A stretch of DNA of 64,000 bases from Planctomycetota bacterium (GTDB lineage Bacteria > Planctomycetota > PLA2 > JAEUHO01): the NCBI GenBank assembly GCA_029259775.1, contig JAJDEN010000014.1:35613-99612 (forward strand), in the 5' to 3' direction. Below, one piece after another: positions 47,204 through 57,160 of this stretch (position 1 is its first letter; each line of letters opens with the position of its first letter). The notes beneath the pieces were generated by a model. The model saw only the letters and a list, made by a program, of their open reading frames with translations, was not told the origin of the DNA and did not search any database. Both the position numbers and the translations under genes were made by a program.

Positions 47204-48346
47204 ATGGACTTCAGCCTCTCCGAAGACCAGCAGATGCTGCAGCAGGCGGCGCGCGAGTTCGCGCAGAACGAACTCGTCGACCGCGCGGTCGTGGCCGACC
47301 GTGACGAGGTGTTCGTGGCCGACTCCGTGCGCATGTGCGCCGAGATGGGCTTCCTCGGCATGGCCGTCCCCGAAGCGCACGGCGGCAGCGAGCTCGGAGC
47401 CCTCGGCTCGAGCCTCGTCCTCATCGAGCTCAACAAGGCCTGCGCCAGCACGGGCACGACGATCTCGGTGCACAACAGCCTCGCGTGCGAGAGCATCGCG
47501 CGCTTTGGCAACGATGAGCAGCAGGCACGCTACCTCCCGCGCTTGGCCTCCGGCGAGATGCTCGGCGCCTACGCCCTGTCGGAGGCCGGCAGCGGCTCCG
47601 ATGCCGGCTCCCTCGTCTGCAAGGCGACCCAGGACGGCGAGGACTGGATCCTCGACGGGACGAAGCTCTGGATCAGCCACGGCTCGGTCTGCGACCTCGT
47701 CGTCGTCTTCGCCCGCACCGACGCGGACGCACGCACGCGCGGCATCACGGCCTTCGTCATCGAGTCCGCGTGGGACGGCTACAAGTCCGGCAAGCAGGAA
47801 CTCAAGATGGGTCTGCGCGGCTCCCCGACCGTCGAGCTGCACCTCGACGGCGTCCGCGTGCCCGCCGCCAACGTGCTCGGCGAGGTGAACAAGGGCTTCG
47901 GCATCGCCATGTCGCTGCTCGACGGCGGCCGCATCGGCATTGCGAGCCAAGGCATCGGCATCGCGGAGGCCTGCCTCGAAGCCTCCATCAAGTACGCGGG
48001 CGAGCGCGAGCAGTTCGGCAAGCCCTTGGCCGCCTTCGGCGCCATCCAGGAGAAGATCGCCGAGATGGCAACGCGCGTCGACGCGGCGAAGCTGCTCACA
48101 TGGCGCGCCGCCTGGCTCAAGGACGCCGGCGAGCCGCACGGGCGCGAGGCCTCCATGGCCAAGCTCGAGGCATCGCGCGCGGCCAACTACGGCGCGAAGG
48201 AAGCCGTCCAGATTCACGGCGGCGCCGGCTACACACGCGACTTCCCCGTGGAGCGCTACTTCCGCGACGCGCGCGTCACCGAGATCTACGAGGGCACGAC
48301 CGAGATCCAGAAGCTCGTCATCGCGCGGAGCTACCTCCGGGCCTGA
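47204..48346 (+). CDS. acyl-CoA dehydrogenase (short-chain/butyryl-CoA DH-like)
   Basis: ACAD N, middle (…YALSEAGSGSDAGSL…) and C domains; catalytic-base region YEGTTEIQKLVIAR. Confidence 0.9.
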   Translation: MDFSLSEDQQMLQQAAREFAQNELVDRAVVADRDEVFVADSVRMCAEMGFLGMAVPEAHGGSELGALGSSLVLIELNKACASTGTTISVHNSLACESIARFGNDEQQARYLPRLASGEMLGAYALSEAGSGSDAGSLVCKATQDGEDWILDGTKLWISHGSVCDLVVVFARTDADARTRGITAFVIESAWDGYKSGKQELKMGLRGSPTVELHLDGVRVPAANVLGEVNKGFGIAMSLLDGGRIGIASQGIGIAEACLEASIKYAGEREQFGKPLAAFGAIQEKIAEMATRVDAAKLLTWRAAWLKDAGEPHGREASMAKLEASRAANYGAKEAVQIHGGAGYTRDFPVERYFRDARVTEIYEGTTEIQKLVIARSYLRA

Positions 48347-49305
48347 TGGACAGTCCTTCTCCCAAGCAGCCTTCCCCCGAGCAGCACGCCGCCGCCATCC
48401 GCGCAGGCGACCGCCGCGCGCTCGCGCGCGGGCTGACGCTCGTCGAGAACGAAGGTGCCGACGGCGCCGCGCTGCTCGCCGCACTGGGCTCGGTTGGATC
48501 GGCGCACCGCGTCGGTATCACGGGCCCGCCTGGTGCCGGCAAGTCGACCCTCGTCTCGGCTCTTGTCGCGGCGTGGCGGGCCGACAGCCGCGACGTGGGC
48601 GTGTTGGCCGTTGACCCGTCGAGTCCGTTCACGGGGGGCGCGCTGCTCGGCGACCGCATCCGCATGCTGGCCCACGCGGACGACGAGGGCGTGTTCATCC
48701 GCTCGCTCGCGAGCCGTGGCGCCTTCGGCGGCCTGGCGGCGGGCGTCTACGACGCCGCCGACCTGCTGGATGCCGCCGGCTTCGACCCGGTACTCATCGA
48801 GACGGTCGGTGTCGGCCAGGCCGAGATCGAGATCAGCCGGGCCGCGGACACGACGATCGTCGTCCTCGCCCCGGGCTCGGGCGACGTCGTGCAGGGGATG
48901 AAGGCGGGCCTGCTCGAGATCGCCGACGTGCTGGTCGTGAACCAGTCCGACCGCGAGGGGGCCGACGCCTTGGTCGCCGCGCTCCAGAGCGCGGTCGAGC
49001 TGCGCGATGCGGTGGCACCGCCGATCGTCAAGACGGTCGCGACGCGCGGCGAGGGCCTGGCGGAGCTGCGCGCCCTGGTCGATGGGCGCGCCGCGGCGGC
49101 GGCCGGCGAGCTCACGGCGCGCCGCCTCGCTCGGGCCCGAGCCCGCATCCGTGCGGCGGTGGATCGTCGCCGGGCCGACGCGTTCTGGAACGCCGCCGAC
49201 GGCGCGCAGGCGCAGGCACTCAGCGAGGCGGCGCGCGGCGTCGCCGATGGATCGACGAGCGCCGCCGAGGCCGTCGCACGCTTGCTCGGAGGGGAGAGCG
49301 CATGA
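48346..49305 (+). CDS. meaB: methylmalonyl-CoA-mutase-associated G-protein chaperone MeaB/ArgK
   Basis: P-loop [30 protein letters not shown](R) motifs; ATG overlaps the preceding stop. Confidence 0.85.
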   Translation: MDSPSPKQPSPEQHAAAIRAGDRRALARGLTLVENEGADGAALLAALGSVGSAHRVGITGPPGAGKSTLVSALVAAWRADSRDVGVLAVDPSSPFTGGALLGDRIRMLAHADDEGVFIRSLASRGAFGGLAAGVYDAADLLDAAGFDPVLIETVGVGQAEIEISRAADTTIVVLAPGSGDVVQGMKAGLLEIADVLVVNQSDREGADALVAALQSAVELRDAVAPPIVKTVATRGEGLAELRALVDGRAAAAAGELTARRLARARARIRAAVDRRRADAFWNAADGAQAQALSEAARGVADGSTSAAEAVARLLGGESA

Positions 49306-49730
49306 ACGCCCTGGACCAACGTCCTATCAGGATCCTGGTCGCGAAGGCCGGCCTCGACGGCCACGATCGCGGCGCCAAGGTCGTCGCTGCCGCGCTGAGG
49401 GACGCCGGCTTCGAGGTCATCTACACGGGCCTCCGCCAGACGCCGGAGATGATCGTGGCGGCCGCGCTCCAGGAGGATGTCGACGCGATCGGCCTCTCCT
49501 TGCACTCCGGGGCCCACATGACCCTCTTCCCGCGCGTGCTCGACCTCCTGAAGGCCGCGGGCGCGGACCAGGTCCTGCTCACCGGGGGCGGAATCATCCC
49601 GGACGCGGACATGGCGAAGCTGGGGGAGATGGGCGTTGGACGGCTCTTCGGGCCGGGTACGCCCCTCAGCGATCTCGTCGCCTACATCCGAACCGAAGTG
49701 GCGGCCCGTCGAGAGGTCGGGAGTGCCTGA
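49302..49730 (+). CDS. B12-binding small subunit of an acyl-CoA mutase (IcmB-like isobutyryl-CoA mutase small subunit)
   Basis: [41 protein letters not shown]…[12 protein letters not shown]… near-collinear with Streptomyces IcmB; DxHxxG B12-binding motif. Confidence 0.8.
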   Translation: MNALDQRPIRILVAKAGLDGHDRGAKVVAAALRDAGFEVIYTGLRQTPEMIVAAALQEDVDAIGLSLHSGAHMTLFPRVLDLLKAAGADQVLLTGGGIIPDADMAKLGEMGVGRLFGPGTPLSDLVAYIRTEVAARREVGSA

Positions 49731-49754
49731 GGGCCCTCATAGAATCGACCCCAC

Positions 49755-50937
49755 GATGACGCTCATGGACACCCTCTCCGGCGAAGCCGAGCCCTTCCTC
49801 ACGGAGGATCACCTCGACGTGCGCGCCATGGTGCGCGAGTTCGCCCTGGCGGAGGTCGCGCCGATCGCGACCGAGCTCGACGAGGAGAAGCGCTTCCCGA
49901 GCGAGACGATCCCCAAGCTGGCCGAGCTCGGCCTGCTCGGCGTGCCCTGGCCTGAGGAGGTCGGCGGCGCGGGCATGGACTACCGCGCGTACTCCATCGT
50001 GATCGAGGAGCTCTCCCGCGTGTGCGGTACGACGGGCATCACGGTCGCCGCGCACACGTCGCTCGGCACCGCGCCGATCCTGAAGAACGGCACCGAGGAG
50101 CAGCGTCTACGCTGGGTGCCCAAGCTCGCGAGCGGCGAGATGCTCGGTGCCTTTGCGCTCACGGAGCCGGGGGCAGGCAGCGACGCCAAGATGACCCAGA
50201 CGACAGCCGTCCAGGACGGCGATCATTGGGTCATCAACGGCACGAAGATCTACTGCACGAACGGCACCCACGCGGGCACGGTCGTCTTCACCGCGCGCAC
50301 AGGCGGCGGCGAAGTGGGCGACACGAAGAACATCAGCGCGTTCGTCGTCGAGCAGGGCACGCCCGGCTTCGAGTACGGCACGCTGGAAGACAAACTGGGG
50401 CTGCGCGGCTCCGACACCCGCGAGCTGGTCTTCAAGGACTGCCGCATTCCCCTCACCAACAAGCTCGGTGAGGAGGGGCGTGGGTTCAAGGCGTTCATGC
50501 AGACGCTGGAAGCCGGCCGCATCTCCATCGGCGCCATGGCGCTGGGTCTGGCGCAGGGTGCGCTCGATGCCGCGCTGCCGTACGTGCGCGAGCGCAAGCA
50601 GTTCGGCAAGCGGCTCATCACGATGCAGGCGATCGGACATCAGATCGCCGACATGGAGGTCGAGATCAGCGCGGCCCGCAACCTCGTGTACGAGGCGGCG
50701 TGGCGCCACGACCAGGGCCAGCCGTACGGCTTGGCCGCGTCCAAGTGCAAGCTGTTCGCCTCGGAAGTGGCCATGCGGTGCGCTCACAAGGCCATCCAGG
50801 TGATGGGCGGCGTGGGCTACACCCGCGAATACCCCGTGGAGCGCATCATGCGTGACGCGAAGCTGTGCGAGATCGGCGAGGGGACCTCCGAGATCCAGCG
50901 CCTCATCATCGCGAGGCATCTCGACCGCAGTGTCTGA
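49755..50937 (+). CDS. acyl-CoA dehydrogenase
   Basis: Full ACAD three-domain architecture (…[12 protein letters not shown]…[16 protein letters not shown]); start MTLMDT… chosen. Confidence 0.9.
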
Positions 50938-51033
50938 TCGCGCGGGGCGCGGGGTCTCGAGGCGTGAGCCGCAGCGCCCAAGAGCCCTAGCGCATCCTTC
51001 GGCCGGTCGGGCAACCCCGGGCATGATCCCCCC

Positions 51034-51546
51034 GTGCCTATCGAGATTCTCCTGCCTACCGAACGCACCCTGGGTGGTGCAACCCGCGCTGTCGTCGAGC
51101 AACTGCTCGGCCCGGGTTTCGTGAACATCGACGCGCCCGAGGAGAGCTCGTTCGAAGTCGAGCTGACCAACGTCGACATGAAGGAGTGGGGCGAGCTTGT
51201 TCCTGACGACATCTCGCCTGCGGAGCTCAGCGACAAGATCAAGGCCGACAAGGAGATCCTGCGCGTGCGTGTGCCGCTGCGCTTGGGTCACTTCCTCCTG
51301 TTCCCCGGCTTCGTCGTACTCTGCCGTCCCGACGACTACGACGAGTTCATGGCGGATCCGCGCGCGCGGCAGATCATCGGCCGCGAGTCGCTCGAGCTGG
51401 CGCATGCGTTCGGCGCCGAGGAACTGGTCGTGGCCGGCGACGCGGCGACGGACTTCCTCGGGACGGACGCGACGGACTGGAAAAGCCTGAAGGAAGTCCT
51501 CGAGGAAGAGCACATCGGGCACCAGCTCGTTCAGATTCCGAAGTAG
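51034..51546 (+). CDS. hypothetical protein (170 aa)
   Basis: ORF with good coding bias; no recognisable domain. Confidence 0.5.
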   Translation: MPIEILLPTERTLGGATRAVVEQLLGPGFVNIDAPEESSFEVELTNVDMKEWGELVPDDISPAELSDKIKADKEILRVRVPLRLGHFLLFPGFVVLCRPDDYDEFMADPRARQIIGRESLELAHAFGAEELVVAGDAATDFLGTDATDWKSLKEVLEEEHIGHQLVQIPK

Positions 51547-51693
51547 GGGCAGCCTGAACGCCGGCGCAGCCGGCGTGGTTGGCTGCCCAAGGAGGTCGCG
51601 TGGGCGGCCAACCGCAGCGGGCTTCGCCCTCGCTCAGGCCGCCCCTACGGGCGCCCACCGCCGTTGGTCGCATGACGACGGCCGATCGGTGCG

Positions 51694-53640
51694 TTATCGA
51701 CTGCGCGCGATTGCCTCCACGGCGTCGGGGTTCTCGACGCTCGCGAGATCGCCCACGTCTTCGCCCAGCCAACGGCGCTTGATCACGCCGCGCACAATCT
51801 TGGCGGAGCGCGTCTTCGGCAGCATGTCGACGAAGCGCACGTCCTTCGGCCGCAGCGTCTTGCCGAGATGCGCCACCACGCTGTCGGATAGCTCGCGACG
51901 CAGCTCCTCCGACTCCACCACCCCGGGCTTCAGCACCACGAACGCCACGACGTCGGCGCCCTTGAGGTCGTCCGGTACGCCCACCGCCGCCGCCTCACTG
52001 GCCAGCGGATGCTCGACGATCGCCGCTTCCACCTCCGCGGGGCCGACGCGCTTGCCGGCGACGTTGATGGTGTCATCGCTGCGCCCATGCAGGAACCAGA
52101 AGCCGTCCTCGTCCACGAACGCCCAGTCGCCGTGGTACCAGACCGTGTCGCCGAAGCGCTCGAAGTAGGTCGCCAGGTAGCGCGCATCGTCGCCGAGGAA
52201 GCTCTTCGTCAGGCTCGGCGCCGGCTGCTTCAGCACGAGGTGGCCGAGGCCCCCGCGGATGGACTGCCCGTCCTCGTCGAAGACGTCGACATCCATGCCG
52301 AGCCCAGGACCCCGCAGCGTGCAGGGCTTGAGCGCCGTCGTCGGCAGCGGTGACAAATGACATCCGACGAGCTCCGTGCCGCCCGAGATGTTGATGATGG
52401 GGCAGCGTCCCTGGCCGACGTGCTGGAAGCACCACATCCAGGACTCGGGATCCCACGGCTCGCCCGTCGAGCCGATGATCCGCAGTGTCGAGAGGTCATG
52501 CCCCGCCGCGAGGTCATCGCCGGCGCGCCGCAGCAGCCGGATCGCCGTCGGGGCGACACCGAGATGCGTCAGCCCGTGGCGCTCGATCATCGCGAACAGC
52601 CGGTCGGGCTCGGGCCAGTTGGGCGCGCCCTCGTAGACCAGCAGCGTGGCGCCGAGCGATGCCACGCCGATCATCTCCCACGGGCCCATCATCCAGCCGA
52701 TGTCGGTGAGCCAGAAGAAGCGGTCCCCCGACTTCACGTCGAACGCGTAGCCGAGCTCTTTGTTCATCGTCGCGAGACAACCCGCGTGCGTGTGCACCGT
52801 GCCCTTTGGCTTGCCGGTCGTGCCCGACGTGTAGAGGATCATTGCGGGCGCTTCGCTCGGCAGGACCTCGGTGCGCGGATCAGGCTCCCGCGCCGACACG
52901 CGCTCGTGCCACCAGAGGTCGCGACCCGCCTCGAAGGGGACGTCCTCGCCGGTGCGCCGCAGCACGATCTGATGGCGGAGGCTCGGCACCAGCGCAACGG
53001 CTGCGTCGGCCGCCGGCTTCACGGCCGCGACCTTGCCGCGGCGGTAGCCGCCGTCCGCGGTGAAGAGGACGACCGCCTCTGCGTCGTTCAGCCGCACGGC
53101 GAGCGCGTCGCTCCCGAAGGCCGAGAAGACGGGGATCGCTACGGCGCCGACCTGGAAGCAGGCAAAGAGCGCGACGACCACCTCGGCTACCATGGGCATG
53201 AAGATGCCGACACGATCACCAGGGCCCACCCCGAGATCGCGCAGCAGGCCGGCGGCGCGGTTCACCTCCTCCTGGAGCTCGGCGTAGGTGTAGGTGCGGC
53301 TGCGGCCGTCGTCCTGTTCGCCGACGAGGGCGTCGTGGTGACCCCGGCCCCCGTCGACATGCCGGTCGAGGCAGTTGAGCACGATGTTGGTCGTGCCCCC
53401 GAGGAACCAGGACGTCCAGGGAAAGCCCCGGCTGTCGTCGTAGGTCGTTTCGTAGCGCTGGTACCAGCTGAGCCCCAGGTCCTCCAGCGCCACGTCCCAG
53501 AAGCGGCCGATGTCCTCGACCGACCAGGCATGCAGGGCCTCGTAGCTCTCCACCCCGGCCTTCTTCATCAGCCGCGTGACGTTGGCCGTGGTGCGGGCCT
53601 CCTCGGACGGCTGCCAGACGATCGGGGCGTTGTCGCTCAT
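51694..53640 (-). CDS. acs: AMP-forming acyl-CoA synthetase, acetyl/propionyl-CoA synthetase (Acs) family
   Basis: Collinear with E. coli Acs: NCLDRH, VVLKRTG…GRDLWWH, ILYTSGTTGKPKG, …DTINVAGKRVGPAEVE…, PKTRSAKIVRG; start MSDNAPI…. Confidence 0.85.
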   Translation of the reverse strand: MSDNAPIVWQPSEEARTTANVTRLMKKAGVESYEALHAWSVEDIGRFWDVALEDLGLSWYQRYETTYDDSRGFPWTSWFLGGTTNIVLNCLDRHVDGGRGHHDALVGEQDDGRSRTYTYAELQEEVNRAAGLLRDLGVGPGDRVGIFMPMVAEVVVALFACFQVGAVAIPVFSAFGSDALAVRLNDAEAVVLFTADGGYRRGKVAAVKPAADAAVALVPSLRHQIVLRRTGEDVPFEAGRDLWWHERVSAREPDPRTEVLPSEAPAMILYTSGTTGKPKGTVHTHAGCLATMNKELGYAFDVKSGDRFFWLTDIGWMMGPWEMIGVASLGATLLVYEGAPNWPEPDRLFAMIERHGLTHLGVAPTAIRLLRRAGDDLAAGHDLSTLRIIGSTGEPWDPESWMWCFQHVGQGRCPIINISGGTELVGCHLSPLPTTALKPCTLRGPGLGMDVDVFDEDGQSIRGGLGHLVLKQPAPSLTKSFLGDDARYLATYFERFGDTVWYHGDWAFVDEDGFWFLHGRSDDTINVAGKRVGPAEVEAAIVEHPLASEAAAVGVPDDLKGADVVAFVVLKPGVVESEELRRELSDSVVAHLGKTLRPKDVRFVDMLPKTRSAKIVRGVIKRRWLGEDVGDLASVENPDAVEAIARSR

Positions 53641-53757
53641 GCGCGTATGGAACCCCAAAGCGGTTGGCAGGACAACGCCGGGTTCCGCCTGCTTTCGGAT
53701 GGCGTTCGTAGGGGGACGGACCTCTCGCTGCGGACGCGGCTATCTTGCGGAGATCCC

Positions 53758-55077
53758 ATGCGCCTCCGTCCTGCCCTCCCGATCCTCCTGCTCGCCCTGC
53801 TGATCCTGCCGGCGCTGCCTCGCGTGGGGTCGGCCGGGCACGTCTACGACAGCGAGAAGCTGCGCATCGTCGGCGACGTGTCGGAGGAGTGGATCGACGC
53901 GGCGGCCGGCCTGGGCACCCAGCTCTACGCCGCCCTGAAGGCGCACTTCGGGCGTGAGCCCGAGGCCGACGAGCTGCCGCTGAAGCTGATCCTCTACCCG
54001 CGGCGCAGCACCTACGAGATCGCGCTGCGCAAGCAAGGCATCAAGGGCCACGCGGCGCATGCCGGCGGCTGGACCACCTGGCGACGCGGCGAGTCGCACG
54101 TCTGGGTGCAGAAGGAACCGTTCGACACGCGGCGGTTGATCCTCCACGAGCTCGTGCATCAGTTCCACGACAAGTGCCAGGCCGTGTCGCGACGTGGCCG
54201 CGGCGCGTGGTGGTACCGCGAGGGCCTGGCGGAGTGGTTTGGCTGGCACCGCCGCACGAAGAAGGGGCTCTTGTTCGGCCAGTTGGATGCGGTCGCCCTC
54301 AACAGCACGGCGCGGTACGCCGCGGCACGCAGCAAGGAGAGCGCCTTCGTCCCCTGGCGGCTCGGGATCGGCAAGGACAAGGCAAGCTACGTCGAGGCCC
54401 TCGCGCTCGTGGGCGGCATCCTCATGTCGCGAGACGGCGAGCTGAAGACGCGCTTCCAGCGCTGGGAGCGGCAGATTCTCGCCAAGGGCGGGGACCACCG
54501 TGCGTTCGAGGTGCAGTTCGCCGACCGCAAGAAGGACCTCCGCGGCGCGATTGCCGACGCCTGGGCCTCGCTCTTCGGGCAGTGGGCGCCGACGACGCTC
54601 GGGTGGGACGAGCAGGACGACGTGATCCGCGTGACCCAGCGCGAGAAGAGCGATCTCTGGCGCATGGGCACGCCGCATCTCGATCGCTGGCGTGCGGTCG
54701 TCGAGGTCGTCACCGGCACGGAGCCGAAGGCGGCGGCCGGCGTGGCAATCTCGTTCAGCCGCAAACGCTCGGTGCGGGTCTTCGCCGAGCGGGATCACGT
54801 CGTGTTGCTCGACGACCTCGGCCTCCGGCCGAGAGGCGGCGCGGCCCTCACGCGCGAGCAACGTGCGCAGCTTCCCGAGGGACGGAAGACCGTGCTCGAC
54901 GTGCGGCGCACGGCGACGGGGATCGAGGTGCATGCGACGCGCGGTGGCAAGCGCGTGACGCTGAAGCACGCCCTCCCAGGCGTGGCGTGGCGCTCCTGGG
55001 GCCTCACGGTGCGCGCTACGGGCGCGCGCTTCCGCTTCCTGCCGCGCGAGAAGGCGGCCAAGGACGACGGCAAATAG
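53758..55077 (+). CDS. secreted putative zinc metallopeptidase-like protein (HExxH)
   Basis: Signal peptide MRLRPALPILLLALLILPALPRVGSA; LILHELVHQFHD motif, similar to the LLHELVHALED motif of the 25333-26811 gene. Confidence 0.6.
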   Translation: MRLRPALPILLLALLILPALPRVGSAGHVYDSEKLRIVGDVSEEWIDAAAGLGTQLYAALKAHFGREPEADELPLKLILYPRRSTYEIALRKQGIKGHAAHAGGWTTWRRGESHVWVQKEPFDTRRLILHELVHQFHDKCQAVSRRGRGAWWYREGLAEWFGWHRRTKKGLLFGQLDAVALNSTARYAAARSKESAFVPWRLGIGKDKASYVEALALVGGILMSRDGELKTRFQRWERQILAKGGDHRAFEVQFADRKKDLRGAIADAWASLFGQWAPTTLGWDEQDDVIRVTQREKSDLWRMGTPHLDRWRAVVEVVTGTEPKAAAGVAISFSRKRSVRVFAERDHVVLLDDLGLRPRGGAALTREQRAQLPEGRKTVLDVRRTATGIEVHATRGGKRVTLKHALPGVAWRSWGLTVRATGARFRFLPREKAAKDDGK

Positions 55078-55170
55078 CGACTGCCCCCTCCCGCCAACCG
55101 TCCGTTCGGCGGTACGCTCGGCATCTCGTGGTGCCCGCATCAAGATGGGTGCCAAGCGTGGGGGTGGACG

Positions 55171-57150
55171 ATGAGCCGGCGACATTCGCTCGTGCCTTCC
55201 GGGGCATGCGTTCTCTTGGCGGTGCTCTTCCTGCTGCCCGCGCCTGCTCGCGCCGGCGACGTGAACTCGGAGGTCGAGGCAGCGTTCACGGCCGGCCAAG
55301 GCCTGCAGGCCAAGGGCGATCGCGGCAGCTTGGAGCGTGCCTTCCGCGCGCTCGACACGCGCAAGGACGAAGCGCTCGGCTCGGTCGATTACTGGACGCT
55401 CTACGCCCGCGTCTGGCACGGACTCGACAAGGGCGAGGCTGCCTTGAAGACGCTGATCGACGAACGGCAGGCGCGTGACGCGACCAACCCCGTCTTCGAT
55501 CTCGTGCGCGCGCGTCTCGCGAAGAAGCCCGGCGCGAAGCGCGCCTGGCTGACGTCTGCGATGAAGCGCAACACGAAGGACCTGCGCGCCTCGGTCGCGA
55601 TGGCCGTGTTCCGGCTCGACCAGAACGAAGAGGACGAGGCCGACGAGTTGCTTGAGGCGATCCTCGCGAAGAACGCCACCTGCGAGGGGGCGTTGCTGGC
55701 CAAGGCGCGGCTCTCCCTGTCGGACGGCATGCCCGGCGAGGCGATCGAGTTCCTCGACAAGGGCATCAGCAAGAAGCCCAGCGCGCGCCTCTACTACCTC
55801 AAGGCGCGCAGCCTGCAGCGGCTCGCCAAGACGAAGAACGACGTCCTGCCGAAGGCCCTCGACGCCTCGGTGCGAGCGCTCGGCATGGAGCCGAACGAGC
55901 GGCACATCAAGCTGTTCGATGAACTGCTCAAGGCCACGGGTGACGCGGCAACGGCCGCGAAGGCGCTCAAGGAGCACTTCGCTCGCACGAAGCACCCGAT
56001 GCTCGCGGCCTTGCTCGCGGAGTCCGCCTTCAAGGCAGGAGACTACGTCGGCGCGGTCATGGGCCTCGAGGTGGGGGACGGCTCGGACCTGAGCAGCGCG
56101 AAGGGGTTGGCGATCGCGCATGCTCGCTTAGGCAACACGGTCGAGGCGCAGCGGGCGGCGCGCAAGGTCGTTGGCATGGACTCGCAGGGCCGTCTGTTTG
56201 CCGCGCGCGTCGATCTCTACCTGGGGGATGTTGCCGGTGTGCAGGAGCGCCTGGGTTCGCTCGCCGACGAGGAAGCCAAGCGCCTCCGCGCCCTGGCCCA
56301 CGCCTGGGCTGGTGAGGCCGAAGCCGTGAAGAAGCTGGTCGGGAAGGAAGCGCGCACCGGCTCGAGGTCGGGCGAGGAACTGCTGATCGCCTGGTTCCAG
56401 GCGCGGCTGTTCGAGCAGCTCGGCCCGTCGAAGTCTGCCACGATGCGCAAGCACTTCCTGGACGCGCGCTTCGCCGCGGGCGCCAAGCCCCTGCCGCAGG
56501 GCGGGAGTTGGGGCACGAACATCGGTACGGCGAAGACCGACGGCTGGCCGGCACGCGCCGTGACGTGGTTCCGTGCTCCTTGCGGCATCTGGTTGCGCGC
56601 GGGGTCGCGCGGCTCGTCCTCGAGCATCAACATCGACGAGGACAACAAGTTCACGATCGCTACGACGATCAACGGCGAGGCCGACTGCGGCGGTACGAAG
56701 CAGGGCGGCAGCATCACGTTCAACAGCAAGACGATCGCGCGGAAGAATGGCGAGCTGCCGTTCATCGAGTTCCTCAACAACCGGAACAAGGCACTCGCCG
56801 ATTTCAAGCCGGGCGAGGCCCTCCTCACAGCGGCGTGTGCCGCGTGGATCGACGGCGATCAGGCGGCGGCGGACGCCGCCTGCGCCAAGGCGCTCAAGGT
56901 CGAGCCCGGCATGTCGCGCTTGAAGGTCCTCCGCGCCATCGCCCGCGCCCTTTCGCCGACCGGGGAGAAGAAGGCCGACGCCAAGGAAGCGGCGGAGGCC
57001 GTGAAGGTCTGGACCGACGACTTCGAGCTGCGCCGGGCCGTCATCCTCCTGCGCGCGTGGGCGGGCGACGCAGCGCTGCCTGAGGAGATCAAGGCGCTCG
57101 CCAAGCGCGAACTCGAGTTGAACGTCCGCAACATCGACTCTCTCCAATAG
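55171..57150 (+). CDS. secreted TPR-like helical repeat protein (659 aa)
   Basis: Signal peptide MSRRHSLVPSGACVLLAVLFLLPAPARA; TPR-like helical repeats throughout. Confidence 0.6.
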   Translation: MSRRHSLVPSGACVLLAVLFLLPAPARAGDVNSEVEAAFTAGQGLQAKGDRGSLERAFRALDTRKDEALGSVDYWTLYARVWHGLDKGEAALKTLIDERQARDATNPVFDLVRARLAKKPGAKRAWLTSAMKRNTKDLRASVAMAVFRLDQNEEDEADELLEAILAKNATCEGALLAKARLSLSDGMPGEAIEFLDKGISKKPSARLYYLKARSLQRLAKTKNDVLPKALDASVRALGMEPNERHIKLFDELLKATGDAATAAKALKEHFARTKHPMLAALLAESAFKAGDYVGAVMGLEVGDGSDLSSAKGLAIAHARLGNTVEAQRAARKVVGMDSQGRLFAARVDLYLGDVAGVQERLGSLADEEAKRLRALAHAWAGEAEAVKKLVGKEARTGSRSGEELLIAWFQARLFEQLGPSKSATMRKHFLDARFAAGAKPLPQGGSWGTNIGTAKTDGWPARAVTWFRAPCGIWLRAGSRGSSSSINIDEDNKFTIATTINGEADCGGTKQGGSITFNSKTIARKNGELPFIEFLNNRNKALADFKPGEALLTAACAAWIDGDQAAADAACAKALKVEPGMSRLKVLRAIARALSPTGEKKADAKEAAEAVKVWTDDFELRRAVILLRAWAGDAALPEEIKALAKRELELNVRNIDSLQ

Positions 57151-57160
57151 AGTTTCGTCC

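Noticed and set aside
52357-53757. 5' half of the 906-aa plus-strand ORF 52357..55077
   Set aside because: It is antisense to the strongly supported Acs-family synthetase. The real gene starts at the signal-peptide Met 53758.
53740-56121. 793-aa minus-strand ORF
   Set aside because: It is antisense to two real secreted-protein genes, with an R/G/A-rich junk translation.
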